Assembly (NCBI GenBank): GCA_964016885.1
Contig: OZ024740.1
Location: 21,824,001 to 21,888,000, forward strand
From: Eledone cirrhosa
Lineage: Eukaryota
Direction: 5' to 3'
DNA: 64,000 bases
Shown here: positions 13,380 to 25,734 of the stretch, in pieces
Layout: the number at the start of each line of letters is the position of its first letter
Position numbering within the stretch: the first letter of the stretch is position 1
Position numbers and translations under genes: made by a program
Notes under the pieces: model-generated
What the model was told of the DNA's origin: nothing
What the model saw: only the letters and a program-made list of their open reading frames with translations
Database searches by the model: none

Positions 13380-14760
13380 TCTCAAAATCAAAAGGGGAAT
13401 AATTAAATTCGTAATAATGTATTTTATTCAGCAGTCTACCAATTCTGCCACCCACTGCCCTAATGACAGTTTCTGATTTAGACACAAAGCAAACATTTTG
13501 GGGGAGAAGAAAAGCAATTAAATAGACCCTACTGCATTACTGGTACTTTAGTTTATCTTCTCCGTAAGGATGAAAGGCAAAGCTAACTTTGGCAGGATTT
13601 GAACTCAGAACATAAAGGGACGTAATAATAATGGGTTCTGATTTAGGTACAAGGCCAGCAATTTTGGGGGAGGGGAAAAGTCGATGAAATTAACCCTAGT
13701 GCATTACTGGAACATTATTTTATCGACCCCATAAGGATGAAGGGCAAAGCTAACCTCGGTGGAATTTGAACTCAGAACATAAAGGGTGGTAACTCTATGC
13801 CATAAAGCATGTTATCCGATGCTCTACCAATATAATAATAACCATAGTCTTATAAAAAGCACATTAAGGTTGGTACAGTAGAATACAGAAGATAGAAAGA
13901 TGAGATATAAGACAAAAGAGGTAACACTAAAATATCTCAGTAGAAATAAAAGCTATTATTTTATTGTTTCTCGTGCTGTGTTATGAAACATTCAAACTGA
14001 ATGAGTGTCACTAACCTTGAAATACATAATACTAGAAAGCTCTATAACATTTAGGTAGAAAAATAACAACAATTATAAAACAGGGAGTTACCATGGCCCC
14101 TAACCCACCTTGCCTTCTGCTTGTAATAATTCTTTTTACTTTGGTACAAGACCTGGATTTGAAGGGAAGGGGAAAGCTAGTAGTAATAATAATTGTTTCT
14201 ACTTTTGGCACAAGGCCAGCATACCAGTGTATTACTGGTACTTTATTTTATCAACTCTGTTAGGATGAAAGGCAAAGTGAACCTCAGTGGGATTTGAACT
14301 CAGACTCTAAAGGGGCGTAACTCTATGCTACAAAGAATGGCGTCTGAACCTCTACCGATACTGCCAATCCACCACCCTTTTAATGATAATAATAATAGTT
14401 TCTGATTTAGGCACAAGGCAAATAATTTTGGAGGGAAGGATAAGTCAATTATATTGACACCAACACATTAGTCGTACTTTTGTTTGTCAATTCCAGAAGG
14501 CTGAAAGATAAAGTTGAAATCGTCAAGATTTGAACTCACAAATTAAAGGGGCGTACCTAAATATCATAAGGCATTTTAACAGACACACTAATGATTTAGT
14601 CACTCCACTAATAGTAATAATAATGGTTTCTGATATAGATACAAGGCCAGTAATTTGGGGGGAAGAGAAAGTTGATTAAATTGACCCAAGTGCATCACTG
14701 GTACTTTATTTTATTGACCCCTTGAACTAAGACTGTAACAACTAAAACAGTGATAAATAT
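13380..14760 (-). mobile_element. Head-to-tail cluster of about 5-6 tRNA-type SINE copies
   Basis: Repeated plus-strand block tttctgatttagg.acaaggccagc...ctggtactttatttt...ggatgaaaggcaaag...atttgaactcag (B box GAGTTCAAAT on the minus strand), separated by (TAA)n. Confidence 0.75.
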
Positions 14761-15799
14761 GATGATGATGATGACTGGTTTTATATCGGGGGGGGGGGGG
14801 GGGGGGCTAAGTCAGAAATTTGGGGGAAGGGGCTAGCACTGAGAGATTAATATTGATGAGGGTAGCATCAATTCCAACATAAGTACAAGACCAGAAATTT
14901 TAGTGGGAGTGTACAATCAACTGTTTATACATTTAAACCAATATATAACTGGTATGGGTTGATTAATGATAATGTGAGTAAGAAAAGGCATACTTAACAG
15001 ACAGGTTGAAGGGATAGGGTCCTTGTTCTATGTTAGGTCCAGCACAAGGCTTTGTCTACAGCAGTCAAGTCACAACAAGAACAAGAATACCACTGAATGT
15101 AGACAAACCACTTGTGTATATGTGTGTGGTGGAAATGAGGCAGTGTGGGAATACTGTGTGTATGTTTCTCTGTGTATGTGTATATACTAGTAGTTAAAGC
15201 TGAACTAACAGTATGGGACACTCTGTATGTGTGTTTGTGTGTGTACTTGTGTACATCTATCAGTATATGCTATTTACATGTGAGTGTAAGTGTCAGAATG
15301 TAGTTGTGTATGTATGTAAATATGATATGATATGTATATATAACATTTATTTTTTTGTGTGTGTCTGTATATGTCTGTCTATATGTTGTGTGTGCCTGTG
15401 TGACTGTGTATATGTATGTATGGTGTATGTGTGAGTCTACATGTTGTGTGTGTGTAGGTATGTCTATATGTTGTGTGTGTGTGACTGTGCATATATGTAT
15501 GTGTGGGTATTTAATGAAAGCTAAGGCTGAACTAAGCAGTATAAAACACTCTCACTCTCTCTGTCTGTCTCAGGGAAAAAGATAGAAAGTGAGAGAGAGA
15601 GGGGGAGATATTTCTAAAAAGAGAGGTGGGGGGGTAAAGGAAGGAATAAGAGAGAGAGAGAGAGGGAGAAGAAAGAGAGAAAGGAGGGAGGAAAAAAAGG
15701 CAAAGAAAGAAAAAAAAGATGTGTAAAGTTTCAACATTTTAACATCCCAAGTTGTCAAGTTGGAATAACACTATGGACCAATGGAAAGACCAGCATGTT

Positions 15800-16612
15800 C
15801 ACTGTACTACACCACACCACTACACTCCTACACTACACCACTACACCCTACCACTACACTCCACCACTACACCACTACACTGTACTACACCCCACCACTA
15901 CACTACACTACACTGTACTACATTACACCACACCACACCACTACACTACACTGCACCACTACACTACACTACACCACTACACTGCATCCCACCACTACAC
16001 TGCACCACACCACTACACTACCCACCACTACACTGCACCCCACCACTACACTGCACTCCACCACTACACTGCACCCCACCACTACACTACCCACCACTAC
16101 ACTGCACCCCACCACTACACTGCACCCCACCACTACACTGCACTCCACCACTACACTGCACCCCACCACTACACTGCACCCCACCACTACACTGCATCCC
16201 ACCACTACACTGCACCCCACCACTACACTGCACACCACCACTACACTGCACACCACCACTACACTGCACACCACCACTACACTGCACCCCACCACTACAC
16301 TGCACCCCACCACTACACTGCACCCCACCACTACACTGCACCCCACCACTACACTACACCCCACCACTACACTGCACCCCACCACTACACTGCACCCCAC
16401 CACTACACTGCACCCCACCACTACACTGCACCCCACCACTACACTGCACACCACCACTACACTGCACCCCACCACTACACTGCACCCCACCACTACACTG
16501 CACCCCACCACTACACTGCACCCCACCACTACACTGCACCCCACCACTACACTGCACCCCACCACTACACTGCACCCCACCACTACACTGCACCCCACCA
16601 CTACACTACATT
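15800..16612. repeat. 18-bp minisatellite CACCACTACACTGCACCC
   Basis: Exact 18-bp period (6-aa periodic ORFs). Confidence 0.95.
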
Positions 16613-16889
16613 CCCCACCACCACTACCTACTACTATTACCACCACCACCACCACCACTACCTACTACTACTACCATCACCACCTGCAATCTGCCACTGC
16701 CCCTACCACCATCTCCTCACCAACAACTACACACCTCATTACTACCACCAATACCACCACCACCCTCTACTCACCATACCAATCCTCTCCACAACCACCA
16801 CCCACACCACCACATCTAACCAACCACCTCTACACCCAACCTTACCACACTCAATATCACAACAGCCTCAGGGTAACACTTTACTTTAT

Positions 16890-18320
16890 ATTGAGTTGCT
16901 GTTGTTGTGATGTATGTGTTTGTTGGTTGATGTGGTGGTTGTGTTGTTGTGGCGTGATGGTGTTGTTGTGGCGGTGATGGTGTTGTGGTGGTTGTGTTGT
17001 TGTGGTTGTGTTGTGGCGGTGATAGTGTTGTTGTGGTTGTGTTGTTGTGGCAGTGATGGTGTTGTGGTGGTTGTGTTGTTGTGGTTGTGTTGTGGCGGTG
17101 ATAGTGTTGTTGTGGTTGTGGTTGTGTTGTTGTGGCAGTGATGGTGTTGTGGTGGATGTGTTGTTGTGGCGGTGATGGTGTTGTGGTGGTTGTGTTGTTG
17201 TGATGGTGATGGTGTTGTTGTGGTGGTGGTGGTCAATGTGGTAGTTGTGGTGTTGTGGTGGTGGTGGTGTTGTTGTGGCAGTGATGGTGGGTGTTGTTGT
17301 GGCGGTGATGGTGTTGTTGTGGTGGTGGTGTTGTTGTGGCGGTGATGGTGTTGTTGTGGTGGTTGTGTTGTGGTGGTTGTGTTGTTGTGGCGGTGATGGT
17401 GTTGTTGTGGTGGTGGTGTTGCGATGGCTGTGTTGTTGTGGCGGTGATGGTGTTGTTGTGGTGGTGGTGTTGTGGTGGTTGTGTTGTTGTGGCAGTGATG
17501 GTGTTGTTGTGGTGGTGGTGTTGTGGTGGTGGTGTTGTTGTGGCGGTGATGGTGTTGTTGTGGTGGAGGTGTTGCGATGGCTGTGTTGTTGTGGCGGTGA
17601 TGGTGTTGTTGTGGTGGTGGTGTTGTGGTGGTTGTGTTGTTGTGGTGGTTGTGTTGTTGTGGCAGTGATGGTGTTGTTGTGGTGGTGGTGTTGTTGTGGC
17701 AGTGATGGTGTTGTTGTGGTGGTGGTGTTGTGGTGGTGGTGTTGTGGTGGTTGTGTTGTTGTGGCAGTGATGGTGTTGTTGTGGTGGTGGTGTTGTGGTG
17801 GTGGTGTTGTTGTGGCAGTGATGGTGTTGTTATGGTGGTGGTTGTGTTGTTGTGGTGGTGGTGGTCAATGTGGTAATCGTGGTGCTGTGGTGGTCATGGT
17901 GTTGTTGTTGTGGTGGTGGTAGTATTGTTGTTGTGGTGGTTGTGTTGTTGTGGCGGTGATGGTGTTGTTGTGGTGGTGATGTTGTGGCGGTGATGGTGTT
18001 GTTGTGGTGGTGGTGGTGTTGTGTTGGTTGTGTTGTGGCGGTGATGGTGTTGTTGTGGTGGTGGTGGTCATGGTGGTAGTCGTGGTGTTGTGGTGGTTGT
18101 GGTGTTGTTGCTGTTGTGATGGTCGTGGTGTTGTGGTGGTGGTGTGGTTGTGTTGTTGTTGTGGTGGTGTTGTTGTGGTGGTGGTGTTGTTGTGGTGGTG
18201 GTGGTGTTGTGGTGTTGTTGTGGTGGTTGTGGTGTTGTGGTGGTGTTGTTGTGGTGGTAGTTGTGTTGTTGTGATGGTGGTGTTGTTGTGGATGTGATGG
18301 TGTTGTTGTTGTTGTTGTGT
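16890..18320. repeat. GT-rich (GGT/GTT) minisatellite with GGCGGTGATGGTGTT motif
   Basis: Trinucleotide-based low-complexity array. Confidence 0.9.
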
Positions 18321-18500
18321 TCTTATTTACTAAAATGATATAATTTTCATTTTTAGATCGCTATACCTCCTCCCCCACCAGTGACCACCTGTATATCACC
18401 ATGACAACATACACAGCAAACCCCCAAATTTTACATATCAAAGTTAGTTTGTGCAAATAATTGGAATTGAAAAGTTACACATACAGGAATTAAACCTTTC

Positions 18501-19296
18501 ACATTTACATTACTCTATATATACTATTGTATTGTCATGGTAAAGGCTTTACCTCACATAATATCTCACATAACACTTACATTACTCTATATATACTATT
18601 GTATTGTCATGGTAAAGGCTTTACCTCACATAATATCTCACATAATATTTACATTACTCTATATATACTATTGTATTGTCATGGTAAAGGCTTTACCTCA
18701 CATAATATCTCACATAACATTTACATTACTCTATATATACTATTGTATTGTCATGGTAAAGGCTTTACCTCACATAATATCTCACATAACATTTACATTA
18801 CTCTATATATACTATTGTATTGTCATGGTAAAGGCTTTACCTCACATAATATCTCACATAACATTTACATTACTCTATATATACTATTGTATTGTCATGG
18901 TAAAGGCTTTACCTCACATAATATCTCACATAGCATTTACATTACTCTATATTTACTGTTGTATTTTCACAGTAAAGGCTTTACCTCACATAATATCTCA
19001 CATAGCATTTACATTACTCTATATATACTGTTGTATTTTCATGGTAAAGGCTTTACCTCACATAATATCTCACATAACATTTACATTACTCTATATATAC
19101 TATTGTATTTTCACAGTAAAGGCTTTACCTCACATAATATCTCACATAGCATTTACATTACTCTATATATACTGTTGTATTTTCATGGTAAAGGCTTTAC
19201 CTCACATAATATCTCACATAACATTTACATTACTCTATATATACTATTGTATTGTCACAGTAAAGGCTTTACCTCACATATTATTTCACATAACAT
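18501..19296. repeat. 72-bp minisatellite, left part (about 11 units), inside a TTAA-MITE copy
   Basis: Unit acatttacattactctatatatactattgtattgtcatggtaaaggctttacctcacataatatctcacata; reverse complement of the MITE internal segment at ~9430-9500. Confidence 0.95.
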
Positions 19297-19506
19297 CTCG
19301 TATACGAGAGACGTGTGTTGACGTGTGTGAACAAGCTCGGCTACCGAGTTGGATTTACTTACTCAAAAGTGAGTTTTGATTAATTTTTTTATACTGTAAT
19401 ATACGTTAACCCCTTGCCTTGGTCGGCAAACTTTGAGTTTATTTATTTTCGCCCCTTTCTGGGGCGAATTTTCCAGTTAAAAATTTATTACGGCAAACTA
19501 ATAGAA

Positions 19507-21245
19507 ATGGACGGAATTTTCACATCTCATCCTAACGAGAAAGCCACGCCCCCTAAGAAAGGTGATACAGAGAAGCTAGAAGCACAAGGCTCTAAGTCTT
19601 CCCTCCTCACTTCTGCAAAAGAAACATGGAACACGGAATTAAAAGAAAAATTTGTAAAAATGGGTGAAAACCCAGAAAGTCACATAAACGCAGACAAAAA
19701 CAACAGTGACAATAACAGCAATAGTCACAACACCAACCAAGGAAAAAATAACGATAACACCAAACAAAGCGAACCCACTACTGGTGCCTCCTTTGCACAG
19801 GCGGTCCGGAAAACACAGACCTGCAAGCAACTGGACATTACAACTCTGAGAGAAAAGATGAAGGAAGCAAAACAGTATGTAACTTTCAAAGAAGGAGGAG
19901 ACTTCACAATCACCTCCCCACAAGAAATCAAAAGAGACACGACACTAAGAACGATATCTTTCAGAACAATTTCCAACATAACAAGGAAACCAGCTCAATT
20001 ATCCCAAAAAGAAATTGAGCTGGTCCTAAAGAATGTGTGGAGTGATATATCGTTCATACAAAAAGGGCCACTCTATGGGAATATAACGGTGCTAATGAAG
20101 GATCAATTGACGGCCAGGAAATACTCTGTGGCGCCAATTGTTTCCAAGCTACCCACAATTTTCCCCACATATTTAGGGAAAAGAACGCAGAAAATAAGGG
20201 TCTCCGGAATCCGGCCAAATGCATGCATTTCCTGGGTACTAACAGGATTTTTAGAAGACGAGGACGGAATCCTCTCAGTAGGAGAAGTCACAACAGACGT
20301 TTTCGGCGGTTTGAGCGTGGAGGTTCTGGTCCAAATGAGACCAGAACAAATAGCTAGAATACCACAGAGGGTGTCCCTCGATAGAGAAACATTTATATAC
20401 ATTTCAGCCGAGGGTAGGAGGCCCATATGTTACTACTGTTCAAGCAGGGGTCATCTAAGGGCTGCCTGTCCTCAATTGACAAAAAAAAGGCTCTTTTGCC
20501 TACACCCCACACACCACCACCACCACCACCACTACCACCACCACAACAACAACAAAAACAACACGGAAAAATAACACAAGACACGGCCCCACCCAAAACA
20601 ACTCCAAAAACACACACAAACACAACAAAACCCCAAAATACACCACTACCCGACAGCACGGACGAGGACCCAGCTGAAACGGCACCTAGTGACGAAGAGG
20701 GGGGACCCTTCCAACCTGTAAAAAGGAAAAAAAGAAAGCACCACTCGAACATAAACGAAGCAAACACACAACCACCAACAAAAACAAAACAAACAGAACA
20801 AACAAAATCCGCCCCACCCCAAAACATAACACATACAACAAAACGTAAGGACACACAAGAACAACAAACAAACACAACACAAATAAAACAGTATACATAC
20901 ATTAACACAAATAACAAAGAACTAGTAAAAACAATACACAAAGACCCTTCGGTGGAAACTGAAGGGCAATTCTTTGCAAGCGCGGCCAACAAACCGCATT
21001 TAAAAATGATAAGACTCCCAATGGACACCTATGCAAAACTAAGAGAAAACTTTCCTGAGGACGTGGGGAAAACATGTACTCGACCCTATAACCGCGCCCT
21101 CTTGAAACGTACCCCACCCACACCTCACCAAACACCCCCACTCCACCACAGAACAACACCCCACCAAACAACCCCTCCAATACGCCCATGGATATTGTGC
21201 AACCTGCTCCTCAGGAGCCGAACAGGTAGGTCCTTCCTCTTTTAA
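19507..21245 (+). pseudogene. Tx1 ORF1 (gag-like), split by a frameshift near the A-run at ~20481-20488
   Basis: CYYCSSRGHLRAAC knuckle in ORF 19414-20574; Pro/Thr-rich tail with FQPVKRKKRK continues in ORF 20427-21245. Confidence 0.75.
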
Positions 21246-21250
21246 CCAAC

Positions 21251-24200
21251 ATGGCTGATATAAGAGTTGGGTGTCTCAATGTACGCGGCCTGGGACTGTC
21301 TTGGAAACAAGGCAAACTTTTAAACGATCTCAGGTCGCATAGAATGGATGTAATGGCTATTTGCGAGTCCAGGATCAGCAGCGAGCACCAACTGGCGCCC
21401 CTCTTCGACGACTTTGAGATCTTCGCATCTCTCTGTCAACCGGGGGGTGGGGGTGGAGTTGTCGTTCTGCTGCGAAAACACCTGGGCCTCGCCATACAGA
21501 AGGTGCACCTGGACCCGGAGGGTCGACTGGTGGTTTTAGACGTCGGCAGTAGTGAAAGTGGAGCCCTTAGACTAATTGCTGTGTACGCCCCTTTTTGGGC
21601 AGCGCGGCCGGAATACTTCCAACGTCTAGAAACTTTTCTGGGAACGTCCCGCTCCTTGCTTTTAGTGGGGGACTGGAATGGTATCCTGGATGCACATTGG
21701 GACTATGTAGGGGCATGTGCCAATAGAGGGGGGTGTAAAAGCCTCAAAAGGTTAATCGGCCGATTTGACCTGGCCAATAGATATCGACTAGATTTTCCGA
21801 CTGTACCACTATGGACGTGGACCAATCGCAGCGGAACATCTAGGTCGTACCTAGATAGGGTCCTAGTTAGAGAGAAGGATAGGGACACATTTAGCTGTCC
21901 AAAAATGTTCATGGTTGACTATTCGGATCACAAGTTAGTGACCTGCATAGCCAACCTTGATAGAACCCATAGACAGGGACCCGGTTACTGGAAGCTGAAC
22001 TTGTCCTTACCGACAAACAAAGCTTACAGTAAACGGATTAGCACGTTAGTTAAGCAGAGTTTGACAGGGGCAATTGTCAACAACAGGTGGTGAGCTCTCT
22101 TAAGAGAGCAATTAGAATAGAATCGATAGGTTTTAGTCAGGAATTAGCAAGGGATAGGAACAAGACGGAGAGGGAATTAGTAGATAGAGTAGAAGAGGCG
22201 ATTAGGAGTGGCAATGTAGCCGGCGTGCTGGCATCAAGAATGGCCTTAGACCAGTTCTTTGAGGTGAAGCATGAAGGCTGCGTTGTCAGGAGTAAAATAC
22301 GTGCTCTGGGTAATGAGGCAGCCAAAGCTGTGAGCTGGGCCCGAGTGACAGAGGCAAAAAGTGGGAACAAGTCCACGATTCGGTCTTTGAAGGACCAGGA
22401 TGGGCGTGTGATCCTTGAACCTGGGCAGATGTGTGCGGCCTTTCAGCGGCACTTTGCACGACTGTTCGAGAGGGGCGGCGCGCCGGGTGAGACTATGGAT
22501 TTCAATCCATACCTCGACGGTCTACCGCGCCTCTCGGACGCGAAGTCCTGCGAAAGGACGATTTCAGCTGCTGAGATAGGGGCGGCGCTGAGCCAATGCG
22601 GCAAACGCAAATCCCCGGGTCTCGATGGTCTACCGTACGAGCTATATGTAGTGATGCCGGACTTGTTCTCCGATATCCTCGAAGCGGTCTACTGCAACTG
22701 GCAGCAGAACGGGAGAATTCCCAGTTCTGTGACCAAGGGCGTAGTTACGCTGGTGAGGAAGGATGAGAACAAGGGGGATGACATAAATAACTTCAGTCCC
22801 ATAACTCTGCTAAATACAGAGTTAAAGATTTTGGCCAAGGTGTTAGCGAAGAGGTTGGCGCTTGTCGTCGAAAACCTGGTGGGAGAAGCGCAGACATGCG
22901 CAATCCCGTCCAGGTCCATTCACGACAATCTCCACCTTATGCGATACATCATAGAGAGGGTAGGGAATGAACCCGGCTTTGGTGGGGCCCTGATCAATTT
23001 GAATCAATCTAAAGCTTTCGATAGGGTTGACCATCGTTACCTGGATGCAGTGCTCGCGGCGGCAGGCTTCGGACCCGTTTTCAGGGGTTGGATTGCTGCG
23101 ATGCACAGCAGCAACGTCTGCTCAGGGGTCAAGGTGAACGGCCACCTCTCGGAGCCGTTCCAAATCATGCGATCCATCCGACAGGGATGCCCTCTCTCCT
23201 CCCTTCTGTATGTGCTGGCTCTTGAGCCACTACTGCGGAAGTTGGAGCGGTTGCAGGGCATCCCTTTGGAACCGGGATTGCAGAAAGCGGCGTCGGCCTA
23301 CGCCGATGATGTGACAGTAATGGTGTCGAAAACTTCGCAAATCGGTGAGATCGGCACCTTACTGGAGGAATATGAAAGGTTTACAGGAGCCAAGCTGAAC
23401 CGGGACAAGTCTGTTGGTTTGCAACTCGGAACATGGAGAGGCAAACCGATGCCCTCCAATGACGTCGTCGGACGCTGGACGGAGGGCCCGGTGAAGCTGC
23501 TTGGGGTCTGGTTCGGACCAGACTTCCAGGTGGAGAAAAACTGGAACGAGGTAACGGCCAGGGTGTTTGCACTCACCCAGAAGTGGGCCCAGTGCAAACT
23601 ATCCCTGAAAGGTCGAGCGGAGGTGGCGAATACTTATATAGCATCCGTCATCTACTACCGCTTGACCGTCGTGCCTTGCCCAGTGAAAAGACTCGCCAAA
23701 ATGGAGTGCGCGCTGTTCCAATTTCTTTGGAACAAGCGGCCCCCTTTGGTGAGGAGATCCATCTGCTGTCAACACCCTTCGAAAGGAGGGCTGGGGATGC
23801 CGTGGCTACAGATGCGTAAACACGCATTAAGGCTACGGTACCTCCAGGTATTCCTCACCGGTCAACCGGTGTGGGCCCCGTTTGTGAGGCGAGCCTTTCC
23901 CAGACTCGTCTCGCTCACCGAGCTGCAATCCTGGGTCAAGCAAAGACCGAGAAAAGTGGGCGACTGGCACATTGAATGTGCCCAGGCGCTCACGGCCCTC
24001 TGGAAAGCGGACCCGGCAATCAGTGGAGACTCCACCTCGACATTCTATAGAGGGTTGGTACGCAGCAGGTGCGACGATGCTCTCGGAGAAGCTCTAGGCA
24101 TGGAGGAAGATGAACTGGCCAGTCTGTTCGGTAGGACGTTTGGCCCTGGACCGATGGACAACTTCCAAAAGTCCCTGGCTTGGCAGTGCTACCAAGGGGC

Positions 24201-24679
24201 TCTACCTGTTCGAGACAAGCTCCACAGGCATGGGAGCCTGGGTAGGGATCCTTTGAATAAGATCTGTCCGAGATGCGTGCATGACGACAAAACCGTTGCG
24301 CACGCATTCGTACACTGCCCAGGCATTGCTGACCTGTGGGGCTATGTGGAACGACTACTGTCGAGGGTGGGACCAATCCGGTTGACCACCGAGTCCATTG
24401 TCACGATCAAACCGCCTCCCCCTTTCAAAAACGAAGGAGAGGCGGTTTTTCTCTGTGATATGCATGGCTAAAGAAGTTGTATGGTGGACGAGGCTGAAAG
24501 GGCTGAGGTCAGACACCTTTCTCTCCGGCCAACAACTGGTCCCCTTTTTCAAATACCATTTTAAAAGAAGGATCAGAATGGAGAGAGAGGTGCTCTACCC
24601 CAGCAAGTTTTATGAAAGGTGGGTGAAAGTAGGGAGAATAGCCAGAGTGAATGGGTCTTCTCTCTATATCAGCCTGTAG
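21251..24679 (+). pseudogene. Tx1 ORF2: AP endonuclease-reverse transcriptase, frameshifts near 22090 and 24460
   Basis: LNVRGL, VGDWN, YLDRV, SDH (APE); KSPGLDG, KAFDRV, RQGCPLS, YADD (RT); CPRC..HAFVHC. Confidence 0.92.
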
Positions 24680-24916
24680 GTGAAAGAAGAGGAAAAAGAG
24701 GAGATGAGGGAAGCACCTACGCTTTGTGTTCCTGAGGAGAAGGGTTGCACATTTTTTCCGGGGTGTGTGCGACCCATGTTAATGCCCCCTGCCTATTGAG
24801 GACTTCGTTTGTTGTTGTTATTTCATTGTTATATTTTTGTACTCGTTAATTATATGTAAACTTCCCCCTTTGTATCTGTCCCTACCTTTTGTGCCCTGGT
24901 GGCAAATAAAGAAATC

Positions 24917-25258
24917 ACTCTATATATACTATTGTATTTTCACAGTAAAGGCTTTACCTCACATAATATCTCACATAACATTTACATTACTCTATATATA
25001 GTATTGTATTTTCACAGTAAAGGCTTTACCTCACATAATATCTCACATAACATTTACATTACTCTATATATACTATTGTATTTTCACAGTAAAGGCTTTA
25101 CCTCACATAATATCTCACATAATATTTACATTACTCTATATATAGTATTGTATTTTCACAGTAAAGGCTTTACCTCACATAATATCTCACATAACATTTA
25201 CATTACTCTATATATACTATTGTATTTTCATGGCAAAGGCTTTACCTCACATAATATC
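24917..25258. repeat. 72-bp minisatellite, right part (about 5 units), followed by the rest of the MITE to ~25388
   Basis: Same unit as 18501-19296; 25259-25385 is the reverse complement of MITE 9297-9425. Confidence 0.9.
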
Positions 25259-25734
25259 AAAGCTATAAGATTTTAAAGTTATTTATTTTGAGAACAATAC
25301 TTTAACATAAGTATGAGTGGCTGGTTACAGCCGGTTTGAACAGAAAGAGGTGACAGAAATCTGGCCGGATGTGGCCAGTTTAAATTAAAAAATTCTAACC
25401 TTCCTAAAACTAAAAAGCCCAGTTGAGGGCACACATGAATTGCTATGGCTGTGGCTGGTCCCCCACTCCCACCGCATGCCCTTGTCCCCCATTAAATCCG
25501 GGCCTATATACCACCCTAACAACACTCTGTCCTACCCTGACCATCAAACTCTCCTAGTCTTGCCTCTTCTTATTCCACAAGGCTGAGAATGGGGAGTTGC
25601 CTCCCTTGAATGTTTCCTTCTCCTTCATCACCACCTCCACTAAATCTGTCACTAGTCTTGTCACCCCCTCTCCTCACCACCTATCACCATCACTCCTCAA
25701 ACAAACTGCCATAATCAACATGACTTTCTACAAC

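Larger units (their letters stand above)
19297..24915 (+). mobile_element. Near full-length Tx1/L1-clade non-LTR retrotransposon, frameshifted
   Basis: ORF1 with CCHC knuckle, ORF2 with APE + RT + C-terminal Zn motif; ends AATAAAGAAA; interrupts the 72-bp array. Confidence 0.92.

Noticed and set aside
15752-18297. His/Thr/Pro-rich and Cys/Val/Trp-rich ORFs
   Set aside because: Minisatellite translations open in several frames on both strands.
18527-19379. 24-aa repeat ORFs resembling zinc-finger arrays
   Set aside because: Translation of the MITE-derived 72-bp unit; no C2H2 spacing.
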